NCBI GenBank assembly: GCA_036011165.1
Contig: DASCMW010000064.1
Coordinates: 1-42,800 of the forward strand
From: Acidimicrobiales bacterium
GTDB lineage: Bacteria; Actinomycetota; Acidimicrobiia; Acidimicrobiales; MedAcidi-G1
Direction of reading: 5' to 3'
DNA: 42,800 nt
Below the pieces are notes generated by a model. It did no database searches. It was given only the letters and a program-made list of their open reading frames with translations, and was not told the DNA's origin. A program made the translations under genes and the position numbers. Each line of letters starts with the position of its first letter. Positions within the stretch are counted from its first letter, which is position 1. Shown piece after piece: positions 1 to 8,822 of this stretch.

Positions 1-1732
1 TATCAAGTGTTTTCCCGACAGTTGCTTTCAGAGAATCACTGACTACCGCAGCCATACTTACAAGAGCTAACCCGATAGTTAGGGCAGCAGCAGTTGCCGC
101 AGTACGACGAGGCCGACGGCCAGCATTTTCTTTAGCAAGCCTTCCTGGCATTTTAAATATTTTCTGAATCGGGCGACCGAGCAGATTTGCAATTGGCCGT
201 GTCGCTACCGGGCTCAGAAGGTAAACCCCTCCAAAGGTGGCTAACGCACCAGCAGCGAGGAGAGTTAATTGAGGAGCAGTATTCAAATCATCTTTGAAGA
301 TGCTGACTAGCAGCATGACTACACCTACGAGTGCGGTGCTAACTCCACCGATAAGCCGTCTTGAGAGACTTGTAGGTGTAAGCCCAGATTGATCACGAAG
401 AGCCTCGACTGGAGCTATAGACCGCACCCGGTTTGCAGGCCCAATAGAGGATAAGACAGTAGCTCCAATACCTATGACAGCAGCGACAATGATCGTTCGT
501 GAGCGGATAGGTAAAGACCCGGAGCTTCTCCCGAATCCTACAGACTCAAGTAATTCTTGTCCGACTAAAGCCAGTGCGTAACCGCCGGCTAAACCTACAG
601 CACTAGCGAATACACCGATTAAAATTGCCTCCAAAATCACAGATTGAGCGACCTGGCGTGAAGTAGCACCTAAGGCGCGTAAAAGAGCTAACTCTTTTAC
701 GCGCTGCCCAAGAACGATGGAGAAAGTGTTGTTGATAATGAAAGCACTGACTATTACAGCAATTATGGCAAAAGCTAATAAAACATTTGAAAGAATGCCA
801 ATGAATTGAGAAAAGTCATCTTGGTTCTCTTGGGTAATGGTCTCGGAGTCAACCACTTCTATCTGTATGTCAATATAAGAAGTAAGAGCGTCTTGTTGTT
901 TTTCAGGCAAAGCAGAGAAGTATGAGGCGAATTGACCAGTAAACCCATCAAGTAAGGTTTGAAGAGAATTTTGTACTGCTGCAATATCAACTCCTTCTTC
1001 AACTTCAATCAATATTTCATCAAAGGTTCCTATTTCTCCAAGATCCCCTAGAGGAATATTTCTATTAAGAAATGTTTGCGCTGTTTTAGTTTCGAAGGCA
1101 GACATTGTGGCGCCGGTAGCTTTGTTTTCATCGGGAGAGCGCCAGTTGATTGTTCCCACTAACTCAAAAGTTTTATTTCCAGACGGGCCACTAATTTGGT
1201 ATGTGTTGCCAATAACAAAACCGTTATCAGAAGCAGTATCTGTATCAAGAACGAACTCGCCGATTACAGATTCGTCTTCGACGGGGCCAACCCACTCTGG
1301 AGGACGGCCTTCAGCGATAAAATATTGAGTTAACTGTCCCGCTTCGTAGTAATTGACACCAAATTGGGGCGCTCCGAAAGTGGTTACGGCTTCTGATTCG
1401 CCTTTGCTGTTAATGAATACAGGTTGCACGCTGAATGCTCTGATAAATGGCGCCACCGTTTTAACACCAGGTACTTCGGTGTTTATTATTTCAAGAATTT
1501 GTTCTGGTACTGGAACGCGAATTGACCGATCAGCCTCCTGTGGCACGGCCGCTCTCACGATTAAATCTTGGTTACTGCCGATCTCAACAGACAATTCGTC
1601 AAATGAATCTCTCAGCCGGTCAGTAAGAAAAAAAGACGTTGAGAGAAAAGCGACACCGAGTACAACGGCGAAAGCAGTTAGCGCATACCGCAGTTTCCTA
1701 CGACTTATATTACGAAGAGTGAGCCTAAACAT
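1..1732 (-). CDS. ABC transporter permease, FtsX/MacB-like (partial; runs off the window's left edge)
   Basis: Not in the ORF track. Hand translation from ATG at 1732 gives MFRLTLRNISRRKLRYALTAFAVVLG..., with later FIINNTFSIVLGQRVKELALLRALGAT, typical of FtsX-family permeases. The start overlaps the ATPase stop (TAATG). Confidence 0.9.
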   Translation of the reverse strand, partial: MFRLTLRNISRRKLRYALTAFAVVLGVAFLSTSFFLTDRLRDSFDELSVEIGSNQDLIVRAAVPQEADRSIRVPVPEQILEIINTEVPGVKTVAPFIRAFSVQPVFINSKGESEAVTTFGAPQFGVNYYEAGQLTQYFIAEGRPPEWVGPVEDESVIGEFVLDTDTASDNGFVIGNTYQISGPSGNKTFELVGTINWRSPDENKATGATMSAFETKTAQTFLNRNIPLGDLGEIGTFDEILIEVEEGVDIAAVQNSLQTLLDGFTGQFASYFSALPEKQQDALTSYIDIQIEVVDSETITQENQDDFSQFIGILSNVLLAFAIIAVIVSAFIINNTFSIVLGQRVKELALLRALGATSRQVAQSVILEAILIGVFASAVGLAGGYALALVGQELLESVGFGRSSGSLPIRSRTIIVAAVIGIGATVLSSIGPANRVRSIAPVEALRDQSGLTPTSLSRRLIGGVSTALVGVVMLLVSIFKDDLNTAPQLTLLAAGALATFGGVYLLSPVATRPIANLLGRPIQKIFKMPGRLAKENAGRRPRRTAATAAALTIGLALVSMAAVVSDSLKATVGKTLD

Positions 1733-2469
1733 TAACCATCAAGGCGTTTCAGAGTGTCAAAGATTTCCTCAGAGGAAGGAGCACTTAACTCCTCTACTAT
1801 CTTTCCGTCTGCAAGGAAAAGAACTCGGTCAGCTCGACTAGCTGCAGCGGCATCGTGGGTCACCATTACAAGAGTTTGATTCAGATCATCTACAGCGGAT
1901 CTCAAAAACTCAAGCACTTCGTTGCCGGTGATTGAATCTAGATTCCCAGTTGGCTCGTCTGCAAAAACGATAGCTGGTTGAGAAACCAGAGCTCTGGCTA
2001 CAGCTACTCTTTGCTGTTGCCCACCAGATAGCTGGTCAGGCCGATGATCTAAACGATCTCCAAGGCCTACTGAGGTGATTACCTGATTCAGCCAAATAGG
2101 GTCTACTTTCTGTCCAGCAAGATCCATAGGCAGAGTGAGGTTTTCTTTAGCGTTCAAAGTGGGGATTAAATTGAAAGCTTGAAAAACAAATCCAATTTTG
2201 TCTCGTCGCAGTAAAGTCAAATCTTTATCGGATAGTTCGTTAAGTGAGACGTCATTGATGAAAGATTGTCCAGTGGTAAGAATGTCAAGTCCAGCGACAC
2301 AGTGCATAAGAGTTGATTTACCAGAACCGGAAGGACCCATAATCGCGGTAAATTCTCCTGCTTGGAATTCAACATTTACCTCATCAAGAGCTTTTACTTC
2401 GGTTTCACCTTCCCCGTAAATTTTGGTTCCATTAACGACGCGAGCAGCTGCATTTGAAGAAGTGTTCAT
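1732..2469 (-). CDS. ABC transporter ATP-binding protein (LolD/MacB-like)
   Basis: Walker A GPSGSGKS, signature LSGGQQQRV, Walker B/D-loop FADEPTGNLD, H-loop VTHD. Confidence 0.95.
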   Translation of the reverse strand: MNTSSNAAARVVNGTKIYGEGETEVKALDEVNVEFQAGEFTAIMGPSGSGKSTLMHCVAGLDILTTGQSFINDVSLNELSDKDLTLLRRDKIGFVFQAFNLIPTLNAKENLTLPMDLAGQKVDPIWLNQVITSVGLGDRLDHRPDQLSGGQQQRVAVARALVSQPAIVFADEPTGNLDSITGNEVLEFLRSAVDDLNQTLVMVTHDAAAASRADRVLFLADGKIVEELSAPSSEEIFDTLKRLDG

Positions 2470-2518
2470 ACAGATAGGTTAGAAGTCTTAGAGGAAGATT
2501 AGTAAATTATTTAAAGAT

Positions 2519-3022
2519 ATGGAAAAAAAATCTCAAATTCAGATTCGATCTATCAAGCAGAAAGATTTTAAGACTGTTCTAGATATGAACAATTCAGCCG
2601 TACCTGCAGTAAATGAATTAACCGCTGAAGATCTTAAATGGTATACCGAAGTAGCAAAAGTATTTTTTGTTGCTGAGCTAGAGGGAAGACTCCTTGGTTT
2701 TCTTGTTGGACTTGATGGACCAGGATTGCCTTATAAAAGTGAAAACTATGAGTGGTTTTCAAAACGGTACGAAAAATTTCTTTATGTAGATCGAGTGGTA
2801 GTAGACCCTGGAGTCTTTAGTCAAGGTTTGGGTCAGAGTTTTTATCGTAAATTTGTTGACCACTCGGATGGGCATTCATTTTTGTGTGCTGAAGTTAATC
2901 TTCACCCTAGAAATGATCGCTCGCTACGCTTTCATGAGAAATTTGGATTTTCCTCTGTAGGAGAGCAAGACACAGATGGTGGGGGAAAGACAGTTCAGAT
3001 GTTGGAGTACGAATTATCCTAA
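2519..3022 (+). CDS. GNAT family N-acetyltransferase (COG3818-like)
   Basis: FLYVDRVVV..SQGLG and CAEVN..PRN..SLRFHEKFGF GNAT motifs. Confidence 0.8.
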   Translation: MEKKSQIQIRSIKQKDFKTVLDMNNSAVPAVNELTAEDLKWYTEVAKVFFVAELEGRLLGFLVGLDGPGLPYKSENYEWFSKRYEKFLYVDRVVVDPGVFSQGLGQSFYRKFVDHSDGHSFLCAEVNLHPRNDRSLRFHEKFGFSSVGEQDTDGGGKTVQMLEYELS

Positions 3023-3025
3023 ATT

Positions 3026-3220
3026 TCAACCTGGAATAATTCGAGTGCTAGCTGGTTGATGCCCAATAGATCCGCAAGACCAGCAGAGTTCCCCGAGGCG
3101 ACCGCGCCAAGTAACTTCACAATGAGTGCACGCTAAGCTCACCCATCCGAAAGGTTCAACCGAGGCTGAAACGCTTTGATTGAGTGGAGCAGATTGCTTA
3201 AAAAATGGTTGAAGGGCCAT
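3026..3220 (-). CDS. small hypothetical protein with CxxC...CxxC (putative zinc ribbon), about 64 aa
   Basis: CTHC and CWSC motifs. Start moved from 3283 to ATG 3220 because a TAGGGT -10-like box lies 7 nt upstream. Confidence 0.55.
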   Translation of the reverse strand: MALQPFFKQSAPLNQSVSASVEPFGWVSLACTHCEVTWRGRLGELCWSCGSIGHQPASTRIIPG

Positions 3221-3357
3221 GCGCGGCACCCTAATCAAGCCGCGGAGCTGAATGGGTGATCCCCCCAAGGTTTCGCTTCTCATATTGCCCTCTAGCCTTT
3301 GTTATGACCATGAAATGTGATTTTGTGGAAAATGGAAAGTTTTGCCGAGGAGGCACA

Positions 3358-3930
3358 GTGACAGAAGAAAATCAAGATATCCCTGCAGTAGATGGATCTA
3401 GTCCGAGACGCACAGGGTTCTCCAGTCCACCTCCCATGGTGATAGATGTAGAAAAAAACTACACAGCTGAAATGGTGACTTCTATGGGAACCATGGTTAT
3501 TCATCTGAATCCGGCACTAGCGCCTAAAACAGTTAATAATTTTGTTTTTCTCGCTCGCTGGCATTACTACGACAGCATAATATTTCATCGAGTCATAGAA
3601 GGATTTGTAGCACAAGGCGGAGATCCAAAAGGTACTGGTTCGGGGGGACCCGGATACAAGTTTGAGGATGAATTGCCAGCGCCAGGGCGTTACGAACTCG
3701 GATCGTTAGCTATGGCTAATGCCGGCCCTAATACTAACGGCAGTCAATTCTTCATTATCACTGGACCTAGCGGTCAAGGTTTAGGTCCTCAATATTCTTT
3801 ATTTGGGCAAGTAATTAAGGGCCTAGAGGTAGCAGATGCAATGCAAAGAGTTCCTACAAATCACAATGACCGTCCTTTGACAGACATAGTTATCGAATCA
3901 GTAACAATCACAGAACAAGCAGAGGTGTAA
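3358..3930 (+). CDS. cyclophilin-type peptidyl-prolyl cis-trans isomerase
   Basis: FHRVIEGFVAQGGDP, GGPGY, LAMANAGPNTNGSQFFI motifs; GTG start at 3358 preceded by GAGGAGG SD. Confidence 0.95.
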   Translation: MTEENQDIPAVDGSSPRRTGFSSPPPMVIDVEKNYTAEMVTSMGTMVIHLNPALAPKTVNNFVFLARWHYYDSIIFHRVIEGFVAQGGDPKGTGSGGPGYKFEDELPAPGRYELGSLAMANAGPNTNGSQFFIITGPSGQGLGPQYSLFGQVIKGLEVADAMQRVPTNHNDRPLTDIVIESVTITEQAEV

Positions 3931-3932
3931 AC

Positions 3933-4802
3933 ATGGCGGCATCGAATTTTGGTATTAAGCAAGTAGGAATTGTTGGGGGCGGCCAAATGGGAGGTGGAGT
4001 TGCTGAGGTTATGGCTAAAGCAGGTCTTCAAACCGTTGTACGGGAAATAAACGCAGAATTAGCGGAGAAGAGTCAAGCCGGTATTGAAAAGTCATTAAAC
4101 CGAGCTTTAGAGCGTGGAAAACTAGATGAAGAAGCTCATCAAATAGTCCTATCTAATCTTTCATACACCACAGATCTCGCGGATCTTGCTTCTAGCGATC
4201 TTGTTGTTGAGGCAGTTGTCGAGTCATATGAACTCAAAGCACAAATTTTCTCTGAACTAGATGAAATAGTTACATCAACAGATGCAGTTTTGGCGACTAA
4301 CACGTCTTCTATACCAATCATTGATATTGCTATGAATACAAAACGGCCAGAAAAAGTAGTCGGACTACATTTCTTTAACCCAGCACCAGTAATGAAGTTA
4401 GTTGAAGTCATACCATCCGTACGAACTTCAGAGTCCGTAATTGAAAATATCACCGGCTTTACAACAGAAGTAATTGATAAAACTGTGGTAGCAGCCAAAG
4501 ATCGTGCCGGTTTCGTTGTCAACATGCTTTTAGTTCCTTATTTATTGGCCGCGATGAAGATGTATGAGGCTGGACATGCAACAGCGGAAGATATAGATGC
4601 TGGAATGAAACTTGGTGCTGCTCATCCAATGGGCCCATTAGAACTAAGTGACATGATTGGTCTTGACACCATGCTTCTTGTGGGGGAGACCTTATTTGAA
4701 GAGTATGGAGATGCCTTTTACTTGCCGCCTCCCCTGCTGAAACGAATGGTTGCTGCAGGTCAGCTTGGTAGAAAATCAGGCCAAGGCTTTTACTCGTATT
4801 AG
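3933..4802 (+). CDS. 3-hydroxybutyryl/3-hydroxyacyl-CoA dehydrogenase
   Basis: GxGxxG (GGGQMG), ATNTSS, GLHFFNPAP, GFVVN, HPMGP, LGRKSGQGFY. Confidence 0.93.
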   Translation: MAASNFGIKQVGIVGGGQMGGGVAEVMAKAGLQTVVREINAELAEKSQAGIEKSLNRALERGKLDEEAHQIVLSNLSYTTDLADLASSDLVVEAVVESYELKAQIFSELDEIVTSTDAVLATNTSSIPIIDIAMNTKRPEKVVGLHFFNPAPVMKLVEVIPSVRTSESVIENITGFTTEVIDKTVVAAKDRAGFVVNMLLVPYLLAAMKMYEAGHATAEDIDAGMKLGAAHPMGPLELSDMIGLDTMLLVGETLFEEYGDAFYLPPPLLKRMVAAGQLGRKSGQGFYSY

Positions 4803-4820
4803 AGATAAGCGTCATGGGCT

Positions 4821-5858
4821 ATGACATCTACTGAGTCAAAGAAATGTTCACCAATAGGTTTGGTGGTTAACCCGCGCTCTGGAACCGATGTAAGAAGAGC
4901 GATAGCAGCGGCAGGAAGTGTCACGGTCGCAGATAAAGCCAACATCGTCAGAAGAGTGGTCTTAGGAGCATGTGAAATTGGAGCAAACCGATTTGTAGTA
5001 CATGGTGACCCTCATCGAATAGTGAGTAGAGCGACAGAGACTATTCGCGGATTAGAACTAGATTGGATAAAAGAACCACTGACTTTTTCCGAACAAGATA
5101 CAACTAATGCGGTTCGCTATATGCGCAACCAAGGGTGCTCTGCTGTAGTCGTGCTCGGCGGTGACGGAACTAATCGAGTAGCGGCACTTGAATGGCCAGA
5201 TATTCCAGTAATACCAGTATCAACTGGAACTAATAATGCTTTCCCGATTTTTGTTGAAGCGACTGTGGCTGGAGCTGCCGCTGGCCATCTCGCTATAGGA
5301 GAAGTATCTATAGAGGAAGTTGCACAAAGATCTAAAGTCGTTCGATTGGAAGTAAAGAATGAGGACGGGATACAAGAAGAACCTGATCTGGCGTTAATAG
5401 ACGCAGTAGCGGTTAGAGATCGTTATGTGGGCTCGCTTGAATTGTTTGACCCAGAAACCCTTTGTCTAGCGGTACTAACTCAAGCAGACCCTTCTTCTGT
5501 GGGATTCGCTGGAGTTGGTGGTTTGATCGAGGAAATTACTTCAGCGGATGACAATGGTTTCCTCATTCGCTTTCAATCTCCAACAGATAGCAATCGGATA
5601 ATTAGGGGCCCCACAGCCCCAGGACATTATGCCGACCTCGGATTATTAGAGGCAAGAAAAATAAAAATGGGAGAAGAGGTAACGGTAGAAGGTCCTGTGC
5701 TTCTTGCATTTGATGGTGAACGCAAACGACGCTTAGTAGAAGGGGCACAGGCCACGATCCAAGTAAAGCGAGATGGGCCTTGGTTCATAGATGTAGCAAA
5801 AGTTATGAAATGGGCTACACGTAGTGGAATCTATTTATCAGAAAAGAATACGAATTAA
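4821..5858 (+). CDS. ATP-NAD kinase-like / AcoX-family protein
   Basis: NPxSGxDVRR, LGGDGTNR, STGTNNAFP, EATVAG and AFDGER motifs typical of AcoX-like proteins. Confidence 0.75.
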   Translation: MTSTESKKCSPIGLVVNPRSGTDVRRAIAAAGSVTVADKANIVRRVVLGACEIGANRFVVHGDPHRIVSRATETIRGLELDWIKEPLTFSEQDTTNAVRYMRNQGCSAVVVLGGDGTNRVAALEWPDIPVIPVSTGTNNAFPIFVEATVAGAAAGHLAIGEVSIEEVAQRSKVVRLEVKNEDGIQEEPDLALIDAVAVRDRYVGSLELFDPETLCLAVLTQADPSSVGFAGVGGLIEEITSADDNGFLIRFQSPTDSNRIIRGPTAPGHYADLGLLEARKIKMGEEVTVEGPVLLAFDGERKRRLVEGAQATIQVKRDGPWFIDVAKVMKWATRSGIYLSEKNTN

Positions 5859-6562
5859 GATTTAGGTAAATCTGCCAAAATATCTGGAAGTTGGCTGAAA
5901 GAGTCAACCACCGGGAAGGTCAAACTCTCTACAACTGATTCATCTACTTGTTCATGTCCCCAAGTGGAGTGATGAGGAATATGGATAGCCCGCCCTTCTA
6001 TAGACAGGACTGGCAAAACATCTGAAGGAACAGAGTTTCCAACCATAACGAAATCTTTGATATCAACATTGTGACGCACTAGGAGTTCAAGATAAGTATT
6101 CGGATCTTTCTCTCTCACCACCTCAATGCCTTCAAAATAGTCGCTAAGACCGCTGGCACTAATTTTTTTATACTGGTCAGTGGGGTCACCCTTAGTTATT
6201 AGCAATAGTTGATAACAGTCAGACAAGATTTCCAATGTTTCAGCGACTTCAGGAAGAATTTCTACGGGGTGTTCAATGATCCCCCAACCGGATTCAATAA
6301 TTGCCGTTGTTAAATCAGCAGTCATTTCCCCTTTAGTGAGTTCCACAGCAGCTTGAATCGAGGAAAGAGTAAAACTCTTCACCCCATATCCATAAAGTTT
6401 TACGTTGTTTCTCTCAATATTCAGTAAAGTCTCATCCACAACTTCTCCGTCAACCCATGGCGATAGTAAGTCTCGAAGGTTGCCTTGGGCAAAATCAAAA
6501 CGTGCTTGGTTCTCCCAAAGAGTGTCATCTGCATCTAAACCGAGCGTTAATGGTGGAGACAT
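5855..6562 (-). CDS. HAD-superfamily hydrolase
   Basis: DADDTLW motif I, ITKGD, EK, MVGNSVPSDV. Confidence 0.9.
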   Translation of the reverse strand: MSPPLTLGLDADDTLWENQARFDFAQGNLRDLLSPWVDGEVVDETLLNIERNNVKLYGYGVKSFTLSSIQAAVELTKGEMTADLTTAIIESGWGIIEHPVEILPEVAETLEILSDCYQLLLITKGDPTDQYKKISASGLSDYFEGIEVVREKDPNTYLELLVRHNVDIKDFVMVGNSVPSDVLPVLSIEGRAIHIPHHSTWGHEQVDESVVESLTFPVVDSFSQLPDILADLPKS

Positions 6563-6643
6563 GAAAGAAATACTAGAGGTGTTTCGGTAAATAAGTTTGA
6601 GAATCCCCGATTTAACTTTCTCTTCGGACTAGCGTTACAGGTT

Positions 6644-7168
6644 ATGCGCCAACTTTGTATGCGAACAGCCTGTAACGGCTCTGCCATTGTCTTGGTGATC
6701 ATGAATCATTCTGAACTTACATTTACTGTGCGAGATCCAGGGGAAATTGATGGCCCCGGAAGAGTTGTGCTATGCGAAACGCACCTTGATCGCTTGAAAG
6801 CTCCGATTGGATGGACAATCATCGAAGAAAGAGTAGGGGGAGATGTCGTCGCTTTTGAAAAACCTTCGAACCGGGTAAGCGAATCAGAAACCCCGTTTCA
6901 AACAATCGCTGAAGCTACACACCCGCTGCGGTCCCGTTCTATTGAATCAGTAGAAGACGATTCCTCTGTAGAAGAAATGAAACCTTCAAAAACTCCACTT
7001 TTAGCGAGAGCTTTTCTAGGTGTTGACCGTCATCCGGCAGCAACCACTAGTTCTTCATCTATAGATGAAGATAATGACATTGACTGGGATCAGCGAGATC
7101 TACTTGATGAACATGATGAACAGATGTCACTTGACGATATGGAGCCACACGAACCAGATCCTGCATGA
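6644..7168 (+). CDS. DUF3499-like protein with long acidic C-terminal tail
   Basis: C-x-R-x-x-C ... LCxxHxxRLxAPxGW pattern of actinobacterial DUF3499. Confidence 0.65.
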   Translation: MRQLCMRTACNGSAIVLVIMNHSELTFTVRDPGEIDGPGRVVLCETHLDRLKAPIGWTIIEERVGGDVVAFEKPSNRVSESETPFQTIAEATHPLRSRSIESVEDDSSVEEMKPSKTPLLARAFLGVDRHPAATTSSSSIDEDNDIDWDQRDLLDEHDEQMSLDDMEPHEPDPA

Positions 7169-7199
7169 TTCAAGCCAGATAGTGGGCTTGAGGTAGGAA

Positions 7200-8753
7200 A
7201 TGAAATATTGGCTACTAGTTCTTCTCGGATTTTTTATTGGATCAGTAGTTTTGTTCGCCATTCTTTTTGACGACGATTCAGAAGAAGCACTTGAGGAAGT
7301 AGTTAGCACTTCAGCTTCTACGACAACAACGACTTCTACGACAACAACGACTTCTACGACAACAACGACTTCCACGACAACAACGACTTCCACGACAACA
7401 ACGCTTCCATATGACGGATGGGTAGATCCGAAGTCAGTTGGCCAACCCTGGGGGGACTCAGTAGAAGGAGTTCTTACTTTTAGAGGTTCACCTACTCGAA
7501 GTTGGTATGGGAAAGGCCCAGTTCCGGAAAATCCAATATCGGTTTGGAGATTCCCGGAAAACAATCGAATGTGTTCGATGACCAGTATCAGTGGGGTATT
7601 TGAGCAGTGGTGCGGGATGGGTTGGACTGGCCAACCAGCGCTCTTCGAGTACAAAGAAGATACTTGGCTGGTGTTCGGCGCCTATGACAGCAAAGTTCAT
7701 TTTGTAAATGCTCAAACCGGAGAACGCCTGTTATCAGATTTTCCAACTGGGGATATTATTAAAGGATCAGTGACGGTGGACCCCGATGGGTTCCCACTTG
7801 TTTACGTTGGATCAAGAGATAACTATCTTCGGATACTCAGCTTTGACGGAGAAGAACCTCAAGAGCTATGGAAAATTCATGCCTATGATTTTTCGCCCAC
7901 AAAATGGAATAATGATTGGGACTCCTCTCCATTAGTCATCGACGACTATTTATTCGCCGCTGGAGAAAATAGTAGATTTCATATTTTTCAATTGAATCGC
8001 ACCTACGACCTAGAAGGGCATGTATCGATTTCTCCAGAATTAGTAACTGATTTTGCCGGCTGGGATGAAGAACTGATATCAAATGTTGGTTCAAATGTTT
8101 CTATCGAAACTTCTCCAGTGATACACGGGAATACTCTGTATTTCGCTAATTCAGGTGGTTTAGTACAAGGATGGGATATTGCCGGGTTAACTGAAGGAAT
8201 TGAACCAAATCGAGTGTTTCGTTTTTGGGCCGGTGATGACGTTGATGCCACAATCGTTCCTGATGATGAAGGCTATTTATATGTTGGAGTGGAATATGAA
8301 CGAGCAACAGAAAGATCTAAGGAAATAGGCCAAATCATCAAACTAGATCCTTCCAACCCTGACGATCCTTTGGTTTGGTCAGTAGAAGACCGCCCGTATT
8401 TGAATTCCGGAATATGGGCGACCCCCGCTATTTATGAAGACATAGTGATCTTCCCGACAGATCAGGGAAAAGTCCATGGTATCGATCGAGCCACCGGAGA
8501 TATTCGCTGGACGTTAGAACTTTCCGGAAAAGCGTGGTCCTCACCTGCAATTGTGGATGGGATCATGGTTTTAGGCGACTGTTCAGGAGAATTAAGAGCC
8601 TTTGATTTATTAGATACTTCAACCGCTCCTCCGCAAATCTGGAGTGTCAGAACCGAAGGCTGCATTGAGGCAACATCAATTATTTGGGAAGGAACAGTTT
8701 ATGTAGGTTCTCGCGATGGCCATTTGTATGCTTTCCGCGACTTCATACAGTGA
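7200..8753 (+). CDS. membrane-anchored PQQ-like beta-propeller repeat protein
   Basis: N-terminal TM helix, Thr-rich linker, repeated SSP/ATP...G.D..W blades, VYVGSRDG ending. Confidence 0.8.
   Translation: MKYWLLVLLGFFIGSVVLFAILFDDDSEEALEEVVSTSASTTTTTSTTTTTSTTTTTSTTTTTSTTTTLPYDGWVDPKSVGQPWGDSVEGVLTFRGSPTRSWYGKGPVPENPISVWRFPENNRMCSMTSISGVFEQWCGMGWTGQPALFEYKEDTWLVFGAYDSKVHFVNAQTGERLLSDFPTGDIIKGSVTVDPDGFPLVYVGSRDNYLRILSFDGEEPQELWKIHAYDFSPTKWNNDWDSSPLVIDDYLFAAGENSRFHIFQLNRTYDLEGHVSISPELVTDFAGWDEELISNVGSNVSIETSPVIHGNTLYFANSGGLVQGWDIAGLTEGIEPNRVFRFWAGDDVDATIVPDDEGYLYVGVEYERATERSKEIGQIIKLDPSNPDDPLVWSVEDRPYLNSGIWATPAIYEDIVIFPTDQGKVHGIDRATGDIRWTLELSGKAWSSPAIVDGIMVLGDCSGELRAFDLLDTSTAPPQIWSVRTEGCIEATSIIWEGTVYVGSRDGHLYAFRDFIQ
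7315..7403. repeat. in-frame 18-bp tandem repeat, about 5 copies (CTTCYACGACAACAACGA), encoding (STTTTT)n
   Basis: Directly visible: three copies with TCT, two with TCC. Confidence 0.95.
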
Positions 8754-8783
8754 AATTAGTTCAGATAGATTTAGAGTAAATGA

Positions 8784-8805
8784 CGGAGCATAAGGCTCCG
8801 ATTTT
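8784..8805 (+). terminator. possible weak terminator or 5'-UTR hairpin
   Basis: CGGAGC-ATAAG-GCTCCG followed by ATTTT, between the propeller gene and the acyl-CoA dehydrogenase. Confidence 0.3.
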
Positions 8806-8822
8806 AAAAGAGGACCCATCAC

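Noticed and set aside
1107-1841. Plus-strand ORFs over the first 1.8 kb, and the many other short overlapping ORFs in the track
   Set aside because: Antisense or off-frame to well-supported genes, with no recognisable motifs
3256-3357. N-terminal extension of the cyclophilin
   Set aside because: A strong SD precedes GTG 3358; the extension overlaps the divergent promoter region
7315-7403. Tandem repeats as possible CRISPR arrays (also 19869 and 38310)
   Set aside because: No unique spacers, all in-frame inside CDS, no cas genes
7127-7654. 175-aa minus-strand ORF with (VVVVEV)n
   Set aside because: Antisense shadow of the Thr-repeat in the beta-propeller gene
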